Source: Desulfuromusa sp. (GTDB lineage: Bacteria > Desulfobacterota > Desulfuromonadia > Desulfuromonadales > Geopsychrobacteraceae). From it: a stretch of DNA of 64,000 nucleotides. The notes under the pieces are model-generated. The model saw only the letters and a program-made list of their open reading frames with translations. It did no database searches and was not told the DNA's origin. How positions within the stretch are numbered: position 1 is the first letter of the stretch; every line of letters starts with the position of its first letter. The position numbers and the translations under genes were made by a program. Location of the stretch: positions 193 to 64,192 of the forward strand of contig JAQIBX010000178.1 in NCBI GenBank assembly GCA_027858895.1. Reading direction: 5' to 3'. Positions 54,681 through 63,230 of this stretch are shown here, piece after piece.

Positions 54681-55241
54681 ATGTTCAAATCAACCATTAC
54701 CCGTCTGGTGCTGACTCTCTTTGTCCTGACCCTTCTGGCTTCAGGCTGTGCCAAGAAACCGGTAGCTGAGCAACCGACAATGACTGAACAACCTGCTGTT
54801 GAAATGCAGCAGCAACAACCTGCAGCAGTTGTTGAGCAGCAGGTTTCTGACACCGCGCCCGCTTATGATGCTGCAGCTGTTGCTAGAGCAGCTGAGCTTG
54901 CTGCCTCCAGTGGTTTGGAGCGGATCCATTTTGCTTTTGACCAGTATGTGCTGACCGATGCAGCCAAAAGCATCTTGGTAAGCAATGCCGGTTTACTTAG
55001 AGCCGCCCCTGTTGTTAAAGTTTTGATCGAAGGGCACTGCGATGAGCGTGGTTCCGATGAGTACAACCTGGCGCTGGGTGAGAAGCGTGCCTTGGCAGCC
55101 AAGAATTACCTGCTTTCTCTCGGCGTTGCTGCTGAGCGGATGAACGTTATTTCTTACGGTGAAGAGATGCCTATCGATTCTGCCCGTACTAAAGAAGCCT
55201 GGGCTAAAAACCGTCGGGCTAATTTTAAAGTTAAGCGTTAG
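54681..55241 (+). CDS. pal: Peptidoglycan-associated lipoprotein Pal (OmpA-like)
   Basis: Lipobox LLASGC and an OmpA_C domain (GHCDERGSDEYNLALGEKRA, NRRANF). An AGGAG RBS precedes ATG 54681. Confidence 0.9.
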   Translation: MFKSTITRLVLTLFVLTLLASGCAKKPVAEQPTMTEQPAVEMQQQQPAAVVEQQVSDTAPAYDAAAVARAAELAASSGLERIHFAFDQYVLTDAAKSILVSNAGLLRAAPVVKVLIEGHCDERGSDEYNLALGEKRALAAKNYLLSLGVAAERMNVISYGEEMPIDSARTKEAWAKNRRANFKVKR

Positions 55242-55260
55242 GTTGTATCGTTAATCAATC

Positions 55261-55292
55261 AGGCCGCTCATTTTTCTGAGCGGCCTTTTTTG
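55261..55292 (+). terminator. Intrinsic terminator after pal
   Basis: aggccgctca-N6-tgagcggcct followed by tttttt. Confidence 0.8.
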
Positions 55293-55317
55293 TTTCAGGT
55301 TCCCAGGAGAAAATCCG

Positions 55318-56118
55318 ATGCGATTTATATTAATATTAGTGAGTTTGTTGTTGCTGGTTGGCTGCTTACCACCAAGTCAGGATCAGTTGCGGATGGAAAT
55401 GGATCTGGAGCAGATGAAGCGCCGTCTGGCTCAAGTGGAAGTGCAGAAGGTGGAGACGTCACAAGTAGAAATGGCCGGTGGAGACACGCAACAGCGCCAG
55501 GGTGCTGAATTGCTCGCTGGACTTGATAATCTTCGGGTAGAGTTCCAGTCGGTTAACGGGCGTATAGATGATTTAGGTCGGGATAACCGGGCGTTGGCTG
55601 ACGAGCTGCAACTGATCAAAGATGATATGGGATTACAGCTGAGTTCTCTCTCCAATCGGTTTGTTGAACTGGAACAACAAGTTTCCAGCCAGGAGACAAT
55701 AGTACAATCACAGCAACAACCGGAGCAGAAAGGTGAACCAGAGCTGACAGCAGAGCAGCTCTACCAGGATGCGATCGAATTAATCCGCAACCAAAAGCAA
55801 TTTGCTGAAGGACGCAAGATGCTGGAGTCTTTTGCCCATAAATACCCAGAGCATGACTTACACGTCAATGCCCTTTACTGGATTGGTGAAGCCCTTTATG
55901 GTGAGAAGAAGTATGAGTTGGCGATTCTGCAGTTTCAGGATGTTATCAGTAAGTACGCCTCCCATTCCAAAGCCTCTGCGGCGATGCTGAAACAGGCATT
56001 GGCTTTTAATGCTTTGGGGGATGGTGAAAACGCTAGAACAACGATGCAGAAAGTGATTGAAGAATATCCCGAATCGACACAAGCTGCTACAGCGAAAAAG
56101 TATTTGGAAACAAATTAA
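55318..56118 (+). CDS. ybgF: Tol-Pal system protein YbgF/CpoB (coiled coil plus TPR)
   Basis: 266 aa with a signal/lipoprotein-like N-terminus (LLVGC), a coiled coil and C-terminal TPR repeats (ALYWIGEALYG). Confidence 0.8.
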   Translation: MRFILILVSLLLLVGCLPPSQDQLRMEMDLEQMKRRLAQVEVQKVETSQVEMAGGDTQQRQGAELLAGLDNLRVEFQSVNGRIDDLGRDNRALADELQLIKDDMGLQLSSLSNRFVELEQQVSSQETIVQSQQQPEQKGEPELTAEQLYQDAIELIRNQKQFAEGRKMLESFAHKYPEHDLHVNALYWIGEALYGEKKYELAILQFQDVISKYASHSKASAAMLKQALAFNALGDGENARTTMQKVIEEYPESTQAATAKKYLETN

Positions 56119-56151
56119 GTAGAGCTGATACCGAGCCACGAAGTCACAAAT

Positions 56152-56199
56152 AAAAAAAGCAGGGCAACCAATATCCGTTTGGTTGCCCTGCTTTTTTTA
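56152..56199. terminator. Bidirectional terminator between ybgF (+) and the antiporter gene (-)
   Basis: aaaaaaa-gcagggcaacca-N9-tggttgccctgc-ttttttt. Confidence 0.8.
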
Positions 56200-57933
56200 T
56201 TCATCCAAATCCATACGTCGAAAAGCTGCAAGAACATCATTCTGGCTGAGGATGCCAAGTAATTTTTTGGGTTCTCCCGGGTCAATAACCGGAAAATAAC
56301 TGATATTGCGTTTTTTCTGGAAGGTTTTGAGTGCTTCTCGAAGCGGGGTGTCAGGGGGGATTGCATGGCGTACTGGGGAAACCAGATCACGGGCGACGAG
56401 TAGAGCTGACAGGGACTGATCAAACAGCAGGTTGCGGATCTCTGTGTAGTTAATAATGCCGACGAAGTTGTGGTCATCATCGACAACTGGGAAACGATCG
56501 TAGCGACTGTGAGCAATAATATTTAACAGCTCTTGAAATGCTGTGCCATGGTGGATCGTTTCAACATTAAGACGCATGACATGGCGAACCAGGATGTCAC
56601 CTGGATTCTCCATTTTATGCCCAGCAGGCAGGCCGAGGTTATTGCGAAAATGGTTGGCAACGCTATGCAGCCCTTCCATCCCACTTTGTGGTCCCCGCTT
56701 GCGTAATAATGAAAGTAATGGAACTTCTCCTGCCTTAACCAATCCGCAGCGAACTGCCAGCGGACCGATCAACTCAAAGATCACAACTGAACCGAGAATG
56801 ATCGTCTCGACCAATTTGCCACCTTCTGGCCACTGCTGTGACAGGGTTGCTGCGAGTCCGATAGCCATCCCGGCCTGGGCAAGCAACGTCATGCCGACCC
56901 AGGCTTGTTCACGTTGGCCGAACTTTCCCAAGCGGGCACCGAGGGCGGCGCCAGCGAGTTTTCCACAGGTTCTGGCAAGAACATAAGTTACGCCTAGCAG
57001 ACCGATATGTGCCAGCGTATCAATATGTAAATTGGCGCCAGCCAGGACGAAAAATACAACATATAGAGGGTAGTCAACTTCGTTCAGAGCTTTTACCAGC
57101 CGGGTCCAACGCGGCGAACTATCGGCCAGAATCATCCCTAAAGCCAGGCAGGACAGCAGCGGTTCCAATCCAAGCGCGCGGCTGATAACGGCAACTGCCG
57201 TCACTCCGCCAAGCAGCAGAATTTTATGCTCACTGGGCAGCTCCATCCGTTGAGCCCAGAGTGACATGATGAAGCCGAACCCGCCACCTAGGATTAAAGG
57301 AAGACAGAGTTGATAGATAATCGTAACAAATCCACCATCGGGAGCGACTAACAATTGGGCGGCAACCGAAAAAACGAAGACAGAAAGAAGGTTATTCAGG
57401 CTGACCAGGGTCAGTAATAAGCTGGTGATCGGGCCTTCAGCTTCATACTCACGAACCACCATCAAGGTTGCTGCCGGAGCGGTGGCAATACTGATGGTTC
57501 CGGTAAAGATGCCAAACATCAGGGAGGTTTGTCCAAGGCTCAAGCCGGCGACAACCTGCTGGACCATGAATTGATTGACAATAAAAACAGCAGCACCGAC
57601 CAAGAAGCCGGTCAGGATTGACTCAGTGAATGAAAAAATAAAGATACGTTGCTTCCAGCGGCGCAGATTTTCAGTGCGTAGCTGTCCACCAATATTCATC
57701 AGGATTAATGCCAGGGCAACATCTGAAATCAGTCGCAGGTCTTTCAACGCAGAGTACGAGACCAGTTGCGGAAGATTGAGCTGCCCAGCAAAAGAAGGCC
57801 CGACCAGCACCCCGGCCAACAGATAACCGGTGACGCGGGGAATTCGGCAGAAAGTGGCAAATCGACCGCCAATCAGGGCGGCGAGCAAGATCACGGCCAG
57901 GGCGGAAATTATTTGAAAAGAATCTACTGGCAT
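56197..57933 (-). CDS. Cation:proton antiporter (CPA-type) with C-terminal CBS-domain pair
   Basis: 578 aa: about 12 TM helices, then two CBS-like modules (VMRLNVETIHHGTAF..., RYDRFPVVDDDHNFVGIIN...). Confidence 0.75.
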   Translation of the reverse strand: MPVDSFQIISALAVILLAALIGGRFATFCRIPRVTGYLLAGVLVGPSFAGQLNLPQLVSYSALKDLRLISDVALALILMNIGGQLRTENLRRWKQRIFIFSFTESILTGFLVGAAVFIVNQFMVQQVVAGLSLGQTSLMFGIFTGTISIATAPAATLMVVREYEAEGPITSLLLTLVSLNNLLSVFVFSVAAQLLVAPDGGFVTIIYQLCLPLILGGGFGFIMSLWAQRMELPSEHKILLLGGVTAVAVISRALGLEPLLSCLALGMILADSSPRWTRLVKALNEVDYPLYVVFFVLAGANLHIDTLAHIGLLGVTYVLARTCGKLAGAALGARLGKFGQREQAWVGMTLLAQAGMAIGLAATLSQQWPEGGKLVETIILGSVVIFELIGPLAVRCGLVKAGEVPLLSLLRKRGPQSGMEGLHSVANHFRNNLGLPAGHKMENPGDILVRHVMRLNVETIHHGTAFQELLNIIAHSRYDRFPVVDDDHNFVGIINYTEIRNLLFDQSLSALLVARDLVSPVRHAIPPDTPLREALKTFQKKRNISYFPVIDPGEPKKLLGILSQNDVLAAFRRMDLDE

Positions 57934-58080
57934 GACAAACCATTGTTAAAGTATCGTTACTATGGATAGCCAAACTATCGTACTTTTTTGCCATAATATC
58001 ATGTTTATCAGCAAGTAGTGTTGAAAATGGAATCGTTGGGCTGTAGCTCTTGGCAGGCTGGAAAAGAAAGGTGAGAAAGT

Positions 58081-58830
58081 ATGGCAAGCACTTCAGTTTC
58101 TCTTTGCTGTGTTGGAACCGGTGATGCTTTTGGTAGTGGCGGTCGCTTAAATAGCTGCTTTCACCTTCATTCGACGGCCGGACAGATGCTGATCGATTGT
58201 GGTTGTTCCAGCTTGATCGGTATGCAGCGCTGTGGAGTGATTCCAGCTGAGATTGACACAGTGGTTATCAGCCATCTGCATGGAGATCATTTTGGCGGTA
58301 TTCCTTATTTACTGCTGGAAGGGAAATATGCCAGTCAGCGCACCAGACCTTTGACCCTGATCGGCCCACCAGGATTGCAGCAGCGGGTTGAAGCCGCTGC
58401 TGATGCGCTCTATCCTGGAATGGTCGATAAAAAATTTAACTTTCCGATCAAATATCTGGCGCTCGATCCGAAACAACCTTTACAGATAAATTCTCTGCAG
58501 GTTGAGTGTTTTCGAGTCAAGCACGGCAGCAGCAAGCATGCCTATGGGTTGCGGGTTGGCGTCGCCGGAAAGATTATCGGTTATACTGGTGATACGGAAT
58601 GGACTGATAATCTGATTCCTTTGGCGCAGGGGAGTGACCTGTTAATTGCCGAATGTTTTGCTTACGACGATCCGGTTCCTTCGCATCTGGACTACCGGAC
58701 GCTGCTGAAACAACGGTCAAGGTTAGGGTGCCGGAAATTGGTCTTGACCCATATGGGCCCGGAAATGCTAGCTCGGCTTGATCAACTTGAGCTGGATACA
58801 GTCACTGATGGCGACACGATAAAGCTCTGA
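58081..58830 (+). CDS. MBL-fold metallo-hydrolase
   Basis: 249 aa with the HxHxDH motif (SHLHGDHFGG). Confidence 0.8.
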   Translation: MASTSVSLCCVGTGDAFGSGGRLNSCFHLHSTAGQMLIDCGCSSLIGMQRCGVIPAEIDTVVISHLHGDHFGGIPYLLLEGKYASQRTRPLTLIGPPGLQQRVEAAADALYPGMVDKKFNFPIKYLALDPKQPLQINSLQVECFRVKHGSSKHAYGLRVGVAGKIIGYTGDTEWTDNLIPLAQGSDLLIAECFAYDDPVPSHLDYRTLLKQRSRLGCRKLVLTHMGPEMLARLDQLELDTVTDGDTIKL

Positions 58831-58916
58831 TGAAATCTTGGGGGGAGAAGATTTTTTCAGATCCTATTTGTCTATGGGAGATAGACACTTACTCGACAAA
58901 ATAAACAGGAGAAATT

Positions 58917-59420
58917 ATGAAAATTGTGACAGCGGTACTGTTGATGATTCCAATGCTAGTATCACATGCGTTTGCACTGGAGTATGAAATTAACGTCGCT
59001 CGAAGAGGGGGGAACCTGTATTGGGCAGCAGCGGAGAAAATTTATATCCAGACGGAATATTGTTTTGAGGATGCTGAGACCGCAGCCCTGCTTTTGCGGA
59101 TGGACGGCGACAGCGGAGAGATCACTTTTAATGAATCCGGGGTTAAATGTGATGTTAAGATGGTCTACGGACAAACACAACTGCAGGCCGGTGAGTATCG
59201 AATAAAGGTCAACTGGGAAGATGATAATTGGTATAGGATAGAGGGTCAGGAGGTCGCTTTAAATACTAATGGCTGTCTGAGTATGGTTGAAAGTATGGAG
59301 GGGAGATTGCAGATAAATGAAGAGGGCCCATCGATTTTATCCTTGCCCGACGCCGATGAAGAATGCACGGTTGACGGAGTTTTCTCCAAAGCAAAAATAG
59401 AAATAACGCAAGGAGAATGA
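58917..59420 (+). CDS. Secreted hypothetical protein, no recognisable family
   Basis: 167 aa with a signal peptide (LVSHAFA). A good RBS (AGGAGAAATT) precedes the ATG. Confidence 0.6.
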   Translation: MKIVTAVLLMIPMLVSHAFALEYEINVARRGGNLYWAAAEKIYIQTEYCFEDAETAALLLRMDGDSGEITFNESGVKCDVKMVYGQTQLQAGEYRIKVNWEDDNWYRIEGQEVALNTNGCLSMVESMEGRLQINEEGPSILSLPDADEECTVDGVFSKAKIEITQGE

Positions 59421-59510
59421 CAGGTACCATCGCATCCTGAACTTAATTATTCAGGGGTGATATTACGGTAATCAGGGCATTTGTACTCAGTGATGCTTGG
59501 AATTCATCTG

Positions 59511-59541
59511 AAAAAAGGGCAGCCAATCGGCTGCCCTTTAA
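59511..59541 (-). terminator. Intrinsic terminator for the minus-strand small-protein genes
   Basis: gggcagcc-aatc-ggctgccc, with a U-run when read on the minus strand. Confidence 0.65.
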
Positions 59542-59548
59542 AATACCA

Positions 59549-59581
59549 GCGGGGACAGAATTTAACCTGTCCCCGTTTTTT
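59549..59581 (+). terminator. Intrinsic terminator for ORF 58917-59420
   Basis: cggggacag-N8-ctgtccccg followed by ttttttg. Confidence 0.7.
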
Positions 59582-59593
59582 GTTATTTATGTC

Positions 59594-59815
59594 TTAGTTC
59601 TTTGCTTCAGCAGTCTTGCGAGTTCCTTCAACAGCAGCTTTAGTCATACCGAACAGGGTCAATACAGCAGGAACCAGTTGAGCAACGATCAGCAGAGCAC
59701 AGAAGCCGACAAACAACAGAACCAGAATGCCACTGTTGTAAGTTTGGGTTGTGTCAACAGCGAAGGCAGGTACGGCGAACAGGATCAGGCTGAGTGTTGT
59801 GATGATTGCTTTCAT
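59594..59815 (-). CDS. Small exported single-TM protein, paralogue 1
   Basis: 73 aa with signal peptide ...VPAFA, a conserved TM (LFVGFCALLIVAQLVPA) and a basic tail. An AGGAG RBS is present. Confidence 0.65.
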   Translation of the reverse strand: MKAIITTLSLILFAVPAFAVDTTQTYNSGILVLLFVGFCALLIVAQLVPAVLTLFGMTKAAVEGTRKTAEAKN

Positions 59816-59897
59816 GATGATCTCCTTTAAAATAGTTTAGTTTTTGTATGATTTGTTTCTTCCGAGATGATCACATCCCGGAAGATTTAATTATCTT

Positions 59898-60122
59898 TTA
59901 GTGGGTGGTAACTTCTTTAGTGTCACGTCCAAATAGTCCTTTAAGAATCCCGACCAGCATGATCGTTGCTGGAACCAGTTGGCAGACAATGATCAGAGCA
60001 AAGAAGCCGATGAACAAGGAGAGGAGTAAGCCACCGCCGCTTGCACTGCTGTTACCTGCTGCAAAAGCAGAAGAAGAAAAAGTGATCAGGGCGATTAAGG
60101 TATTACGTAAAGTGTTTTTCAT
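59898..60122 (-). CDS. Small exported single-TM protein, paralogue 2
   Basis: 74 aa with signal peptide ...SSAFA, TM LFIGFFALIIVCQLVPA and a basic tail. A GGAGGA RBS is present. Confidence 0.65.
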   Translation of the reverse strand: MKNTLRNTLIALITFSSSAFAAGNSSASGGGLLLSLFIGFFALIIVCQLVPATIMLVGILKGLFGRDTKEVTTH

Positions 60123-60180
60123 GGCGTCCTCCGCATTTATGTTTGTTGGCTTTTTGTTTCGCTATTGACCTAGATATAAA

Positions 60181-60196
60181 GCAGTGTCCGTGCCAA
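60181..60196 (-). promoter_or_regulatory. Sigma-54 (RpoN) -24/-12 promoter
   Basis: The minus strand reads TTGGCACGGACACTGCT against the consensus YTGGCACGrNNNTTGCW, with only one mismatch (C for T in TTGC). It lies about 58 nt upstream of ATG 60122. Confidence 0.7.
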
Positions 60197-60461
60197 GTCT
60201 TGAGAATAAAACTGAAAACACCCTTAACAAGCTGAAATATATAGTTAAATAAATATATTTACAGATAGAATGTCACCCTATCCGCAAAAGTCTCTGTATA
60301 AAGAGGGCATACAGTTGGGGAAAGTAAATCGGGGGAGATGATCATTGGTGTAAACTATAACTATCTGAAATAAAGTACCTTTTTTTGATAAAGCAGGGGT
60401 GTATATTTTTATTCTGTTAAATATTTTATTTATGCACAGGGAAGGGCTTTTTTTATAAAGA

Positions 60462-60965
60462 TTAGAGTTTTTGCTGTTTTTCCATCACGGCTTCAACCAG
60501 CAAGCCGATCGGAACGGCCAAGGCGATAGTGACCAGCGCTCGTCCGAGGGCAAACGGCCAGCCAAGAAATTCCACTTCAAGGGGGATCATCTGCAACTTA
60601 ACCGCATAACTGGTCAGAACAATGGTAATGACCGCCCAGCGAGCCCCACGTTTTTGTATTTCCATGAGCAAAGGAAAGATAATGTAAGCTGGTCCGATCA
60701 ACAGAGTGCCACATAATGCTGCAATCACAAGACTTTTTATTCCCCCTTCACGACCCAGCAGACGAACGATAACATCCCTGCTAATCCAGATTTGCAACAA
60801 ACCGACCAAGCTGAACACGGCAATAATCAATAAGAGAACAGATGAAAAAGTGGTCGCTGCAGTGAACAAAGCCCGCCCTGCCCGTTCCGGGTTGGTCAGA
60901 AAGACCAAAGCATAGATAAGAATGGTTGAGAAAAATAACCACTGGGTGCGAAGCAGTGACATCAT
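60462..60965 (-). CDS. Permease half-protein (UPF0718/ArsP-like), subunit 2
   Basis: 167 aa with about 4-5 TM helices and a 4-nt overlap with the upstream half. The family call is from memory. Confidence 0.5.
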   Translation of the reverse strand: MMSLLRTQWLFFSTILIYALVFLTNPERAGRALFTAATTFSSVLLLIIAVFSLVGLLQIWISRDVIVRLLGREGGIKSLVIAALCGTLLIGPAYIIFPLLMEIQKRGARWAVITIVLTSYAVKLQMIPLEVEFLGWPFALGRALVTIALAVPIGLLVEAVMEKQQKL

Positions 60966-61444
60966 AGCAGCAATCCCAAAATCAGCCCGGATAGCATGGC
61001 GGCGATAAGGGTGATTCCATTACGTAACAGCGCAAAACGTGGCCCAAAGGTGGCCGCTTCAAAAGGCATAGTGATAACCCCAACTGAGATCCAGCTGAAA
61101 ATGAATGCTGCAATAGCCGGCGGCCAGGCACCGGCCTTAAGAAGGGTTTCTGCCAGAGGGTAAGCTGCCAGAGGTGGTCCGATGGAGACAGCACCGGCAA
61201 AAGAGCTGATGACAAGAGAAATGAGACCACTCGATTTTCCGAGAAAAAGGGCAATCAGTTCCGGGGGAATAAATTCCTGAAACAAGCCGACCAGCCCAAA
61301 AATGGCGATGAGGAACGGTAATAACTTAAACAAAGATTGCCAGGACAATCGAAGCGATTGAAGGACTTTTGTTCGATCAATAGGCCACAATATCGTGTAG
61401 CAAATGATGATGATAATAAGGTAAATCAACCCGACTGAGAACAT
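60962..61444 (-). CDS. Permease half-protein (UPF0718/ArsP-like), subunit 1
   Basis: 160 aa with about 4-5 TM helices, paired with ORF 60462-60965. Confidence 0.5.
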   Translation of the reverse strand: MFSVGLIYLIIIIICYTILWPIDRTKVLQSLRLSWQSLFKLLPFLIAIFGLVGLFQEFIPPELIALFLGKSSGLISLVISSFAGAVSIGPPLAAYPLAETLLKAGAWPPAIAAFIFSWISVGVITMPFEAATFGPRFALLRNGITLIAAMLSGLILGLLL

Positions 61445-61464
61445 AGGATTCCTTGCCAGGAGTA

Positions 61465-62427
61465 TCAGGCAACTCGGTTTTGAGGGGCATCATTTTGAAA
61501 TGCAGCAATATTGGCAACCACAATATCGAGCAAACGTTGTCGTGCTTCAGTGGTCGCCCAGGCGATATGTGGTGTGATAAGGCAGTTTGGTGCAGAAAAC
61601 AGAGGGTTGTTACCATCTGGGGGTTCCTGGGACAGGACATCCGTGGCATAGCCCCCGAGATAGCCTTCTTCGAGAGCTTCGGCAACGGCCACTTCATTGA
61701 TCAGCTGGCCACGGCCGGTATTGATCAATATGGCTCCTTGTTTGACGCGTGCCAATCGAGCGGTATTCACCAGATTCTCGGTTTTTTCTGTGAGTGGACA
61801 ATTGAGGCTGATGATATCGGAATCGGAAAATAATTTGTCAATATCAACAAATTCAAACTCTCCTTTTTGCTGATACTTTTCTGGATGGGCAGTCTGTACC
61901 AGAACCTGCATGCCAAAGGCTTTTGCAATTTTTGCCACCTGTTGACCAATCTGTCCGTAGCCAACCACACCAAGGGTTTTCCCCGCCAGTTCAATTAAAG
62001 GACGATCCTTGAAACTGAAGTCAGGGCAAGTGACCCAGTCTCCTTTTCGTACCATTTCGGCATGGTGGCCAACCTGTTGGGTCATCTCCAGCAACAGGGC
62101 AAACACCATCTGCACAACCGATCCGGTGCCGTAACCGGGAACATTTGTTACAACGATATTATGCTGTTTAGCCGCCTCCAGATCGACAACATTAACCCCA
62201 GTTGCGATCACGCCAATATATTGCAGTTTGGGCAACCTGGCTAAGGTGTCGGCAGAAATGACGATTTTATTGGTCAGTAAAATCTCCGCGTCGCGCGCCC
62301 TATCAACAATCTGTTCGAGTTCTGTGCGTGGATGAATAACACATGATCCCAATTCTTTTAACGGAGCCCAATTGAGATCTCCGGGATTGAGGGTGTAGCC
62401 ATCCAGAGCAACAATTTTCATGATCAA
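61465..62427 (-). CDS. D-isomer-specific 2-hydroxyacid dehydrogenase (glycerate dehydrogenase/hydroxypyruvate reductase-like)
   Basis: 320 aa with the NAD-binding motif GVVGYGQIGQQVA and the conserved C-terminal motif ITPHIAWAT. Confidence 0.85.
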   Translation of the reverse strand: MIMKIVALDGYTLNPGDLNWAPLKELGSCVIHPRTELEQIVDRARDAEILLTNKIVISADTLARLPKLQYIGVIATGVNVVDLEAAKQHNIVVTNVPGYGTGSVVQMVFALLLEMTQQVGHHAEMVRKGDWVTCPDFSFKDRPLIELAGKTLGVVGYGQIGQQVAKIAKAFGMQVLVQTAHPEKYQQKGEFEFVDIDKLFSDSDIISLNCPLTEKTENLVNTARLARVKQGAILINTGRGQLINEVAVAEALEEGYLGGYATDVLSQEPPDGNNPLFSAPNCLITPHIAWATTEARQRLLDIVVANIAAFQNDAPQNRVA

Positions 62428-63131
62428 TCCTTTTTTATAGTGCCGCTGCCGAACAGTTCAGACAATGCTTGTTTTTCTTCTTTGGTGACAATATCAACGC
62501 TTGGAAAATCTGCGTGGCAGACCCGATTGCGCCCGGTTTCTTTTGCCTGGTAAAGATATTTATCGGCTTGTTTAACCAGCTCTTCTACGCTGGTGTGCTG
62601 TTTATCCATGTAGGTTGTAATACCCAGACTGACTGTTATTCTCAGTGGTTGCCCGGCAATGTCTAAAGGGGATTGTTCTATCCCTTGCCTGATACGTTCA
62701 GCGACCGGATGGCAAGCTGCCAGACTGGTGTCGGGGAGGATAACGGCAAATTCTTCTCCACCGTAACGGCATGGGATATCCAATTTGCGCACGGTTTGTT
62801 GCAGTAGACGAGACAAGTGGACTAAGGCTTGGTTGCCAATTTCATGTCCCCATTGATCGTTGACCTTTTTAAAAAAATCAATATCGAGCATAATCAGGGA
62901 TGTTGGCAGACCGCTACGCTGGGTTCGTTCAATCTCTTGTTCCAGAGCCTGAAAAAAATAACGATAGTTGGCAATACCGGTCAGGGGATCTGTGCGTACC
63001 AGGCTGGATAACTCTGCTAAATTTAAACGTAATTCGGCAACTTCAGTCGCTATTGGGCAGTCAGTTTCGCCGACGGGACAGATTGGTGAAGACTGTTGGG
63101 GTGGCGGTGGTTCTTCTTGATTAAGAATCAT
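62424..63131 (-). CDS. Diguanylate cyclase (stand-alone GGDEF domain)
   Basis: 235 aa with the active site GGEEF and the I-site RKLD five residues upstream. Only about 55 aa precede the domain, so there is no sensor domain. Confidence 0.88.
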   Translation of the reverse strand: MILNQEEPPPPQQSSPICPVGETDCPIATEVAELRLNLAELSSLVRTDPLTGIANYRYFFQALEQEIERTQRSGLPTSLIMLDIDFFKKVNDQWGHEIGNQALVHLSRLLQQTVRKLDIPCRYGGEEFAVILPDTSLAACHPVAERIRQGIEQSPLDIAGQPLRITVSLGITTYMDKQHTSVEELVKQADKYLYQAKETGRNRVCHADFPSVDIVTKEEKQALSELFGSGTIKKD

Positions 63132-63146
63132 GCTGCTTTTATATGC

Positions 63147-63175
63147 AAATATCGATCAGGGATCAATCGATATTT
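63147..63175. repeat. Perfect 10-bp inverted repeat in the HDOD-GGDEF spacer
   Basis: aaatatcgat-cagggatca-atcgatattt. Confidence 0.6.
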
Positions 63176-63230
63176 CAAATAAATCTGGCTTTGCCATCGT
63201 ATAACTGTTTACCGAAAAGCACAGGCGGGA

